64,000 bases of DNA, taken from positions 5,639 to 69,638 of IMG/VR virus record IMGVR_UViG_3300027541_000695; one strand, given 5' to 3'. Positions 27,811 through 37,024 of the stretch are shown here, piece by piece. The stretch comes from a virus. How positions within the stretch are numbered: the first letter of the stretch is position 1; each line of letters starts with the position of its first letter. The notes beneath the pieces were generated by a model. It was not told the origin of the DNA. It searched no databases and saw nothing but the letters and a program-made list of their open reading frames with translations. A program made the translations under genes and the position numbers.

Positions 27811-30339
27811 ATGGCGAACAATAAAACAAAGACAGATAGACTTCACGACGTTCTTCCTAAGCACCTAAATTCAAAAAACAACACTAATTGGGCAGGTTTA
27901 ATTGCCGCAATAGGCGAAGCGGATCAAAATACTGCTGATCTTATAGCAGAAGTTAGAAAGCAGTTTTTTATAAAAACAGCTAATAGACCATATCTAGATA
28001 GATTAGCGGCCAACAATAAGATAGCGAGACCAAAGCTTGTTGGCATGAGCGACACTTCTTTTAGAGAATATATACCAGTATTGTCGTACAAACCCAAGCA
28101 AGTAAAGCTTATAATAGATGCTTTATTGGATGTATTCTTCTTTAAAGAGTCTACTACCGCCTTTATAATGTCCGATGCATATCAGCCGTTTATTATGGCC
28201 GATGGATGGGAGTTGTTTTATTTAGTTGATGGGCAATATCAAGAGAAGATATTTTTTCGCTCTGATGATTTTACATCTATATCTAATGCAGGTGCAGATG
28301 AAATAGTCGCATCGCTAAATAGACAGACTAAATATAGCTATGCAACAAATTATTATGACAGTATAACAAAAAAAAATTTTATAAGAATATTTACAAAAAC
28401 AGTTGGATCTAAGGGATCTATAGAAATACAAGGCGGAAGAGCCAATATAGCCTTAAGATTTAATGGTTTTTTATTTAATGCCGGTAACGGAGAAGACACG
28501 CAGTGGAGTGTATCTAAGATAGGTGATTTAACTACCTTTCAATACGCAGCGGGTGCTTATCCCGGTATAAATCAACTACAAGAAAAAGACATTTTTATAT
28601 GCGACATTCCAGGCAACGAGGGATCTTTCTATATTAAAAATATAGATATAGCAAATAACTCTATAACCTTTAATAATCTATTTTCTACCGTTGGAAACTT
28701 TACGCAAACATCAGCGCATCAAGTAAAATTTCTAAGACCTGAAAAATATGTTGCATATAAAGTTCCTAGAAGAGCCATAACATGGGAAACCTCCCCTGGA
28801 GAAATAGTTGTTGAAAGTCCTGCTACTCCTCCAGTTGTCCAAAGATCATTAAAGGGATCTTTGCATATAAATGGATCTTTTAGTTTAATGACTGACAGAA
28901 TTAGCGACACGTCATTAAAAGTTGCTGATGCAGCACTTTTTCCTAAAAGCGGTTCATTTTACATAGAACCTGTTCAAAATATTACAACGAAGATAGTGAC
29001 AGCTGATTCTTCTAGCATTTCTAGTAAAAACATAAATGGAAGGTTGCTATCTAAACTGCAAAAATATACATATTCATCTAGAGTAGTTTTAAGTACCACT
29101 GGAAATACTACAGCAAACTCTAACCAAATAGAAGTCGCTTCAACAACTGGATTAGAGAACGGTATGTCTATTTTTATAGACGGCTTAAGGGAAGATGCTA
29201 CCATAACCAACATATCTGGTTTAGTTGTAACTAGTTCAATTAATTTATCTACTACAGCGTCAGGTGTAATTATAGAATTTGGAGGAAATACATTAGAAGG
29301 CGTATCACCTGCTCTTCCTCCAGCAAGTGACCTTAATGAGTTTTCTATAGCTTCATTAGATAGAGTTTCTAATATGGTTACTGTTACAACCACGTCTTCC
29401 CATGATTATAAGGTAGGAGAAATAGCATTTATAGAAAATAGCTCTGGAATAGTTAACTTAACTACAACTGGAAATCTAATAAACAATAGTACGATTATAA
29501 CTAATATCGCTAATATGACGGGAGTTTCTCCTGGACAGTTGATAACAGGTACAGGAATACAGTCAGGAACTAAAGTCTTAAGCATAATCGGGTCGAATGC
29601 CATTAGCATAAATAAATCTGCAACCTTAACTGGTATAGCTGTTTCTATAAATTTTGGAGATGACACTAATGGAAGCTTTGAAATAAAAGAAACAACGCTT
29701 AATACTTTTAAGTTTAATTTGATGGGAATGGACGGTGCCGCTAGTTCTCCAGGTGTATGCAGAGTCGAAAGAATAGGTTTTTCTAATTTTGGTTCTAAGA
29801 TAATAATATGCACTGCACAGCAAGCTAAAAATACTAGAATAAAAGGGCCGTATGCGTGGGACACAAGGGCTCCATACTTATTAAGCTATAAAACTGCAAA
29901 AATAAATACAGCTATAAAATCTGGATCTATAGTTAGACTTTTAGATATATCTAACAACGAAATACCGGCTGAATCTGGCTTCTTAATATTTGACTATGGC
30001 AAAGAAAATCAAGAAGGTCCGGTAAGATATCTATATAAACCAACAGATAACATAATCGCACTTGATCCTAGCTATATTTTTACTAAAAATCATGCTGTTG
30101 ATGGCGCTATAGTGGCTCTAAATAGAAAAGGCGCCCACGTGCTTAAAGGTGACGCTGCTGAGTATAGTCCATACTTAACAGATCCAGCTGAAGCTAGAGA
30201 AATACTTAAAACTTTAATAAAATCTGTAAAAAGTGCCGGTATATTCATAAACTTCCTTATTAGGTATCCAGAGCAACTTTATGGCATGTTTGATGTATAT
30301 AATCAGCAAGAAAAAGGCGCTGGGATGCCTTTTGATTAA
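27811..30339 (+). CDS. Baseplate wedge protein (P2 gpI/T4 gp7-like) with inserted domains
   Basis: FIKTANRPYLDRLA..RP..MSDTSFREYI at the N-terminus and LIKSVKSAGIFI at the C-terminus. Confidence 0.75.
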   Translation: MANNKTKTDRLHDVLPKHLNSKNNTNWAGLIAAIGEADQNTADLIAEVRKQFFIKTANRPYLDRLAANNKIARPKLVGMSDTSFREYIPVLSYKPKQVKLIIDALLDVFFFKESTTAFIMSDAYQPFIMADGWELFYLVDGQYQEKIFFRSDDFTSISNAGADEIVASLNRQTKYSYATNYYDSITKKNFIRIFTKTVGSKGSIEIQGGRANIALRFNGFLFNAGNGEDTQWSVSKIGDLTTFQYAAGAYPGINQLQEKDIFICDIPGNEGSFYIKNIDIANNSITFNNLFSTVGNFTQTSAHQVKFLRPEKYVAYKVPRRAITWETSPGEIVVESPATPPVVQRSLKGSLHINGSFSLMTDRISDTSLKVADAALFPKSGSFYIEPVQNITTKIVTADSSSISSKNINGRLLSKLQKYTYSSRVVLSTTGNTTANSNQIEVASTTGLENGMSIFIDGLREDATITNISGLVVTSSINLSTTASGVIIEFGGNTLEGVSPALPPASDLNEFSIASLDRVSNMVTVTTTSSHDYKVGEIAFIENSSGIVNLTTTGNLINNSTIITNIANMTGVSPGQLITGTGIQSGTKVLSIIGSNAISINKSATLTGIAVSINFGDDTNGSFEIKETTLNTFKFNLMGMDGAASSPGVCRVERIGFSNFGSKIIICTAQQAKNTRIKGPYAWDTRAPYLLSYKTAKINTAIKSGSIVRLLDISNNEIPAESGFLIFDYGKENQEGPVRYLYKPTDNIIALDPSYIFTKNHAVDGAIVALNRKGAHVLKGDAAEYSPYLTDPAEAREILKTLIKSVKSAGIFINFLIRYPEQLYGMFDVYNQQEKGAGMPFD

Positions 30340-30385
30340 AAAAATCAACATTTATCATAGTATAATTTAGCTATAGGAGTTTTTA

Positions 30386-33300
30386 GTGGCAGTATTAGGC
30401 AGATTATTAGTATCGAGCGCTCAACGTGTAGATCTTCCTGACCTACTCAGTATAGATAGTTATGCTGCAGGCGATTGGCGCTATTTTATACAAGGATTAA
30501 TAGGCTCTTCTAAACCTCTTGTGCTTAAGGGTTTTGACGTAATTGATCCGCAAAATTCTATAGGAACAGAAAGCTGCTCTATAAGAGTAGCCGATTCTAT
30601 AGTTCTATATCCTAGTTCTAGCGCAGGTCCTTTCTATCATGGCCTTCCAGAAGGCAACATAAATGCCCAACCAATTGTCCCTGAACTTAGAAAAAACGCC
30701 GTTAACTATGTATATTTAACATTTAGCACGTTTAATACTTCTCTTGACTCCAGGGCTTTTTGGGACCCAGATAAAGACGGTGGTGTAGGCGGCGAGTTTA
30801 CACAAGACGTTAACACTGAATCTGTTCTTAAGGTTGAGATCAACGTATCAACTGGTTCATTTCCAACTAATACTGTACCTATCGCTAAAATTACATTAAC
30901 TGATAAAATTACTGCGATAGAAGATACAAGAGACATGATGTTTAGATTGGGATCAGGCGGAATGGTACCCGATCCTATCAGTTCTTATAACTTTAGGGCA
31001 CTCCCTTCTTCTAACTACGAAAGAAAAGAACCGCCAGTTTCGATAACTAATCAATCAGATCCAAATCCATTTCAAGGTGCAGATAAAAACATTCATTCAT
31101 TGAAAGAGTGGATGGATGCCGTAATGACAAAATTAAAGGAAATAGGCGGATCACCTTTTTGGTATCAAGATCTATCGACCTTTAGTTTATCTAATATTTT
31201 TGCAGATGCACTTGCTGCCACCTTTAAATCTAAAGGTAGCTATGTTCATAGTTCTTCTGTCCCTGGACAATTAAGCTGGTCCGAAGACATAGTGATTAAA
31301 GATGCTGCTTCCCCTAAAGACATAATAATAAGAAGCGGTCAAAAAACTCTGGGCAATGAGCAGGTTGCGTACGTCTCATTGAATAGAGGCGCAATAATAA
31401 ATGATTTTGATGAGCCAATTAGCTGGATAAACGGACAGTCATATGTAAGTACAGTTGGCGGTTCTATAGGCAGATTTGCCAATTTATCTAAAGGTGATTG
31501 GATAAAGAAAGTAACCGACGGCAATCATTTCTTAGTAAGAGTTGAAGAATTTTATTTAAATTCAACTCCGGGTGGATCCACTTGTTTACCTGCAGATGCT
31601 AAAAGCGTTAAATTAAATACTGTATATTTAGGTACAACGTCGGTTGAAAAAGCAAGATATGACCAAGGTGTTTATCAAGCATCTGACGTAGTAGTAAGCG
31701 ATAGAAACAATCCTGCTATAAATATAGCGGGTGGCAATTTTCACTGGCTGGCTCTTAGAAGCGATACTATACAAAATATAGCCAGCGTAAAAGGTTTTAC
31801 TTGCACCGGCAATATAACTAAGGCAGATGGCGAAAGAGTAAAGGTAGTATCTACCGCACATGGTTTAATGGACGGCGATAGGATCTCTGTGTCATTGCCA
31901 TCTGCTCATGCTGGCACTTATGTTATAGAAGTAGAAGATGCGAATACATTTTACTTTGAATCTTCAGACACAACAAAAGGGGCGCTTACTGCACACTACG
32001 CATTATTGCAAACCGCTAGTAGAGAAAATAATTACGGTCTTCAATTAGAGAGTGCGCAGCACGGCTTTGTATCTAATGATTCCGTTATAGTAAGCAGCAC
32101 TTCTAATTTTAATGGATCTCATACTGTAAACAGAAGATCATCAACGGTAGTGCAATTTGCCGCGGATGATGAATTAGCAGAAGAAACATCTGGTTTAGCG
32201 ACATTAGCAAGAATAGATGTAAGAACTGAAAAAGGAATCACTAAGGTAGTTCAAGGCGCAGTTCTTAATATAGGCGAAACTGACTCTAAGAATATACAAA
32301 GTTTTGTTGGAATGCAGTCTTTATCTGAGACTCATCCAGATTACAGCATACCGTCTTCGTACAACACACTACAAGGATTTCACAATTTTAATGGCGATGT
32401 ATCAGATAATTTAACAGATAGAGTAAGTAAACTTACGGCCATGATGGCGGATAAGGCTCAAGATAAAACCGTCAAATATAATTCAACTGCAGTAAGCGCA
32501 ACTAACACGATGAACGGCGCTGCGCAAGAATTAACTTTTGAGTATGCTGGCAGTACGCTCACTATAGTTCAACCAGGCTCTTTCGGTAATGCAACTATAG
32601 CACTACCTGATATAAGTGAAACCCCAATATCGTTATTGGTAAATCAATCTGCATATGTCAGGATAGATAGAAATGAAGCAACGACGCCCACTATACAGGT
32701 AGTAGACACAGTTGATGTGCCAGTTGAAGAAAACGTTTTCGTAATAGCTTCAAGATTAAGCGGAAATCCTGTTTTTCTCTGGAACGGCGTTCAGGTGATT
32801 GGAACGGTATCTTTAATACCGTCTGAGGGTTCGTTAGTAAAAGTAGATCTTCACGATCCAATAAGCTCAACTCTTCCTATTGGAAATCCTGTTACGATTG
32901 ACAATGCGACTGTTGTAGCAGGAAACAAGGTTTTATTTTCTGCATTAAGTTCTGGTGCAAATAGAATATATAAAGCAGTAGGTATTGGACAAGATATAAC
33001 AAGCTGGGTTGCTCAATACTCTTTTAATGGACTTCATGATCCCACTGACGGTGACACAGTAATAGTTAAAACAGGTGCCGGTTTCGAGGATCAGATTGGC
33101 AAGTACACAGGCACTGCTTGGGTTTTTAACGATAAGGTTCGTTACTTTAATGGAGCAGATTATTGGGAACAATCTAACATAATATCTAGAGATATATACA
33201 ATAATACTACTGATGAGGTTTTTAGTGTAAATTTCGCAGGAAGCGAAAACATGATAGTTGATTTCTCTATAGTAAGAAATTCTAAAAGAGAAATAGGAAC

Positions 33301-34894
33301 AATATATTTGGTGACCGACGGTGCTTCTGTTTCGGTTACAACAAGTGGCGCAACATTAGGCACATGTGGTATAAGTTTTAATGGCGAGATAAGCGGATCC
33401 TTAATTAAACTTAACTATACTTCTACCGATGAAGTTTACAACGCTACCATGAAATACATGGTTAGAAGATGGTCAACGTCATCCGGAGGCCCAAGCGGAC
33501 TTCCTAGTTATAGTGGAGCGACGCTTATCGCTGGGCCCGCTGGGCCCGCTGGTCCTGCTGGCTCCGCTGGTCCATCGGGCCCTCAAGGTGATATTGGTCC
33601 AATGGGCCCTGCTGGCCCTGCTGGCCCTGCTGGTGCCGATGGCATAGATGGTAAATCTGCTTATGAAGTAGCAGTTGATAATGGCTTCGTTGGAACTGAA
33701 GCGCAATGGCTTGCTTCGCTGGTTGGCCCTACTGGCCCTGCTGGCTCTGCTGGCCCGGCTGGCCCGGCTGGCCCGGCTGGAATTATTGGTCCTGCTGGTG
33801 CTGATGGCATAGATGGAATTAACGGTGCAGACGGCAAGTCTGCTTACGAAGTAGCAGTTGATAATGGCTTCGTTGGAACTGAAGCGCAATGGCTTGCTTC
33901 GCTGGTTGGCCCTACTGGCCCTGCTGGTGCTGCTGGCGCTGATGGCATAAATGGTGTAGATGCATCCCCGCCAAGCGATGACGCATATGGCGCATCTTGG
34001 GACGGCATAACAGATGTCGCGCCTTCCAAGAACGCAGTTTACGATATAATTCAAAGCATATTATCAACACAGGTTTCTGCCTCTGTGGTTGCTTACGACA
34101 ACACAGCATCTGGATTAACGGCCACAAACGTTCAAGATGCGTTAGATGAAATAATATCTGGAGGTTCAGTAGGCAAGTCTGCTTACGAAGTAGCAGTTGA
34201 TAATGGCTTCGTTGGAACTGAAGCGCAATGGCTTGCTTCGCTGGTTGGCCCTGCTGGTGCAACTGGCCCTGCTGGCCCTGCTGGTGCTGCTGGTGCTGCT
34301 GGTGCAGATGGCAAGTCTGCTTACGAAGTAGCAGTTGATAATGGCTTCGTTGGAACTGAAGCGCAATGGCTTGCTTCGCTGGTTGGCCCTACTGGCCCTG
34401 CTGGTGCTGCTGGCGCTGATGGTGCAACTGGCCCTGCTGGCCCTGCTGGCCCTGCTGGTGCAACTGGCCCTGCTGGTGCTGCTGGTGCTGCTGGTGCAGA
34501 TGGCAAGTCTGCTTACGAAGTAGCAGTTGATAATGGCTTCGTTGGAACTGAAGCGCAATGGCTTGCTTCGCTGGTTGGCCCTGCTGGCTCTGGAGGTGAT
34601 AAATCTATACATGGAGCCATAGAGTCGCCAAAGATAAAAACTTATATATTGATGCAATCTGCCACATCAGCTGGAACAATACAGTCATTAAAGGCTCAAA
34701 CTTCAAGCGGTAGCTGTATAATCGAAATACATAAAAACGGCGCTCTTATAGTTGGTGCATCTACAGTCGTAAATAATTTGTCAGAAAGCTCATTGCTGCT
34801 ATCTGCCCCATTTTTAGAAGACGACAATATAGCGCTAGTTATTACTTCTTCAACATTGGCAGAAGATTTATCTTTTAGCATAAAAATAACGTAA
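30386..34894 (+). CDS. Long tail fibre protein with collagen-like repeats
   Basis: GTG start with an AGGAG SD and TATAAT at 30361-30366. G-X-Y runs and five GKSAYEVAVDNGFVGTEAQWLASL modules. Confidence 0.85.
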   Translation: MAVLGRLLVSSAQRVDLPDLLSIDSYAAGDWRYFIQGLIGSSKPLVLKGFDVIDPQNSIGTESCSIRVADSIVLYPSSSAGPFYHGLPEGNINAQPIVPELRKNAVNYVYLTFSTFNTSLDSRAFWDPDKDGGVGGEFTQDVNTESVLKVEINVSTGSFPTNTVPIAKITLTDKITAIEDTRDMMFRLGSGGMVPDPISSYNFRALPSSNYERKEPPVSITNQSDPNPFQGADKNIHSLKEWMDAVMTKLKEIGGSPFWYQDLSTFSLSNIFADALAATFKSKGSYVHSSSVPGQLSWSEDIVIKDAASPKDIIIRSGQKTLGNEQVAYVSLNRGAIINDFDEPISWINGQSYVSTVGGSIGRFANLSKGDWIKKVTDGNHFLVRVEEFYLNSTPGGSTCLPADAKSVKLNTVYLGTTSVEKARYDQGVYQASDVVVSDRNNPAINIAGGNFHWLALRSDTIQNIASVKGFTCTGNITKADGERVKVVSTAHGLMDGDRISVSLPSAHAGTYVIEVEDANTFYFESSDTTKGALTAHYALLQTASRENNYGLQLESAQHGFVSNDSVIVSSTSNFNGSHTVNRRSSTVVQFAADDELAEETSGLATLARIDVRTEKGITKVVQGAVLNIGETDSKNIQSFVGMQSLSETHPDYSIPSSYNTLQGFHNFNGDVSDNLTDRVSKLTAMMADKAQDKTVKYNSTAVSATNTMNGAAQELTFEYAGSTLTIVQPGSFGNATIALPDISETPISLLVNQSAYVRIDRNEATTPTIQVVDTVDVPVEENVFVIASRLSGNPVFLWNGVQVIGTVSLIPSEGSLVKVDLHDPISSTLPIGNPVTIDNATVVAGNKVLFSALSSGANRIYKAVGIGQDITSWVAQYSFNGLHDPTDGDTVIVKTGAGFEDQIGKYTGTAWVFNDKVRYFNGADYWEQSNIISRDIYNNTTDEVFSVNFAGSENMIVDFSIVRNSKREIGTIYLVTDGASVSVTTSGATLGTCGISFNGEISGSLIKLNYTSTDEVYNATMKYMVRRWSTSSGGPSGLPSYSGATLIAGPAGPAGPAGSAGPSGPQGDIGPMGPAGPAGPAGADGIDGKSAYEVAVDNGFVGTEAQWLASLVGPTGPAGSAGPAGPAGPAGIIGPAGADGIDGINGADGKSAYEVAVDNGFVGTEAQWLASLVGPTGPAGAAGADGINGVDASPPSDDAYGASWDGITDVAPSKNAVYDIIQSILSTQVSASVVAYDNTASGLTATNVQDALDEIISGGSVGKSAYEVAVDNGFVGTEAQWLASLVGPAGATGPAGPAGAAGAAGADGKSAYEVAVDNGFVGTEAQWLASLVGPTGPAGAAGADGATGPAGPAGPAGATGPAGAAGAAGADGKSAYEVAVDNGFVGTEAQWLASLVGPAGSGGDKSIHGAIESPKIKTYILMQSATSAGTIQSLKAQTSSGSCIIEIHKNGALIVGASTVVNNLSESSLLLSAPFLEDDNIALVITSSTLAEDLSFSIKIT
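33530..34590 (+). repeat. Collagen-coding tandem repeats plus five ~81-bp direct repeats
   Basis: GGCCCTGCT/GGTGCTGCT 9-mers. Near-identical 81-bp units start at 33650, 33833, 34172, 34310 and 34502. Confidence 0.95.
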
Positions 34895-34898
34895 TACT

Positions 34899-36968
34899 AT
34901 GATATACATATATACGCCAAAAGTATACGAATCACTAGAAGTATATAATCGTCAAAATAATTCTTTAACGGGAGTTGTGACAAACATGCTGCCATCTAAA
35001 GGAATTAGAATAACGCCAGATATACAAGGAGCTAAAAATTACTTGAGTTTAAGCTTTACTGTATGTCCAAGGGGGGTAACAGAGCTTTTTAGATTATTTG
35101 CAAGTTCAAATACTTCTTCATTTACGCAAGAACAGCATATTATATTAAATGATTCTAGCATAGCAACAAGCGGTGGTTTTAATTTTAGTTCAGTAAGTTC
35201 AAGTTCTAGAAACGTATCGGGTAAATCAGTTGTTTCATTAAGTTCTATATTTGCTAATACTAATGAATGGAGAACAGTTCTTTTAACAATAGATTCTGTT
35301 TCTTCCACTAAAACATGTAATCTTTATATAGATGGAATTTTATTTTGTACATTTAGTACGACTAATACACTGCCTGATCTTAGAAATTATTTACAAACAT
35401 ATTTTTTAGCTGATTTCACTGGAGTAATAAGAAGCTTTCAAATATGGGGCTCTAATTTTAGTGCAGTAGAGGCAGCCACATTAAGCAATGAATGTTTTTC
35501 TGGACAAGAATCCACACTTACAAACACGTTTCCTAGCAAACAGCTGCACTATAATTTTATTTTTAAAAGTGATAAAATTTCAAAGGGTACAAATGAAACT
35601 AATGTGTTGCTAAACGACTGGACATCAATATACGATGCGTCAGTAAGCGGCGTCACTGGAACAACTTCAACCTCAAACACAACGATAACAGGAATTTCTA
35701 GCGCCATAACGCCGTCTATTAAAGTTGGAATGAACGTGACTGGATCTGGTATACCGCTTTATGCAAGAGTTACCAGTGTTTCAAGTACAAGTATAGTTAT
35801 TTCTGCTACACCCACATTAGCAGGGGCAACGACGCTTAATTTTACACCGAGAAACGTTTGGACCTTTGGTACTTATTTTTATAATCCAACTTCAGGCGGA
35901 ACACTGTATATATCCAACGATAATGGAACTACTGCAAACTACTTAGATAGCATGATAAGCTATATGTATAAAGATATTGCTGTGACCTCTTTGGCGTCTA
36001 TTTTATCTATAAATTGTTTTTTGCCAAAAGATGTAGGAACCTTTGACAACTTAAAGCTAATTATTGCTAATACTAGTTTTATTCCTCAAAACAACGTTGC
36101 GTATGTTACAAGTTCAACTAAAACTAGTGGTTCTTATTATGGCAACTCAAACATTTTAAGACAAACTAACTTATTTGCCCACGGGTTAGGCGATCACGGC
36201 AACCTTAAAGATCAAAAAAAAATCAACATTGATTTGACAGAGTATGAAGGGCAAACAGTAAGATTAATAATTTGTTTTACTGCTGATTCTTCTACCAATA
36301 GCACAACTGGAATAACTGGTAGTGTTGCGGTCACATCTATTAAACTATTAGAAAAAAGTACAATTGAAGGTGTAAAAAATAATTACGCACAAGTTATCAG
36401 CAATGGTGATTTTGAATCCGGAATATCGGGCTGGAATACGGCAAACAACAGTAATGGTTGGTTTGTTGGTACAGCAGACAAATTCAATGGAACTAAATCA
36501 TTGTACATTTCTACTGACTCAGGCGTTACTGCGGCATATAACGCAAGCGCGGCATCTGTGTCTCATGCATGGAAAGATATAGTCTTAAGTGAATCACAGC
36601 GAATAATTAGTTTTAAATTTAAGGTCGGTGGAGAGACTAATCTTGATTTTTTAAGAGTTAGAGTATTAGACGCCAACTCTGCTGGCACACCAATTGCAGG
36701 GAGTGCCAGTATTTCTGGATCTGTAGCACACGACGCAAACGTTTCCTTCGCTGACACATGGAAAACATATACTATAGATTTAACTGGCGCAATAGTTGGC
36801 CCATATTTCGCTAGGTTGGTTTTTACTTGGGTTAACGATAACTCAGCAGGGACTCAACCTGGTGCCATAATAGACAATGTATGTGTATCGAGTAATACTC
36901 TAATCTCAAGTATTCCAGTGACCATTCCAATAATTTTTGACAATATAGAATATAGTGATAAATTTTAA
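34899..36968 (+). CDS. Virion adhesin with LamG/ConA-like and carbohydrate-binding-like domains
   Basis: NEWRTVLLT..LYIDG..FTGVIRSFQIW (LamG-like) and ISNGDFESGISGW..GAIIDNV (galactose-binding-like fold). Confidence 0.65.
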   Translation: MIYIYTPKVYESLEVYNRQNNSLTGVVTNMLPSKGIRITPDIQGAKNYLSLSFTVCPRGVTELFRLFASSNTSSFTQEQHIILNDSSIATSGGFNFSSVSSSSRNVSGKSVVSLSSIFANTNEWRTVLLTIDSVSSTKTCNLYIDGILFCTFSTTNTLPDLRNYLQTYFLADFTGVIRSFQIWGSNFSAVEAATLSNECFSGQESTLTNTFPSKQLHYNFIFKSDKISKGTNETNVLLNDWTSIYDASVSGVTGTTSTSNTTITGISSAITPSIKVGMNVTGSGIPLYARVTSVSSTSIVISATPTLAGATTLNFTPRNVWTFGTYFYNPTSGGTLYISNDNGTTANYLDSMISYMYKDIAVTSLASILSINCFLPKDVGTFDNLKLIIANTSFIPQNNVAYVTSSTKTSGSYYGNSNILRQTNLFAHGLGDHGNLKDQKKINIDLTEYEGQTVRLIICFTADSSTNSTTGITGSVAVTSIKLLEKSTIEGVKNNYAQVISNGDFESGISGWNTANNSNGWFVGTADKFNGTKSLYISTDSGVTAAYNASAASVSHAWKDIVLSESQRIISFKFKVGGETNLDFLRVRVLDANSAGTPIAGSASISGSVAHDANVSFADTWKTYTIDLTGAIVGPYFARLVFTWVNDNSAGTQPGAIIDNVCVSSNTLISSIPVTIPIIFDNIEYSDKF

Positions 36969-36976
36969 ATAAAATA

Positions 36977-36985
36977 TGATATAAT
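36977..36985 (+). promoter_or_regulatory. Extended -10 promoter
   Basis: TGA-TATAAT, with a GAGG SD before ATG 37025. Confidence 0.55.
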
Positions 36986-37024
36986 GATCTATGTCCTTAA
37001 AGGGAAAGTGAACTGAGAGGAAAA

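Noticed and set aside
6940-30339. Extracellular contractile injection system, tailocin or T6SS
   Set aside because: Neck/head-closure genes and a full phage replication module are linked, so a phage is the simpler reading.
33650-34582. Regularly recurring ~81-bp direct repeats resembling a CRISPR array
   Set aside because: The repeats are in frame within a fibre CDS, too long, separated mostly by collagen-coding sequence, and no cas genes are present.
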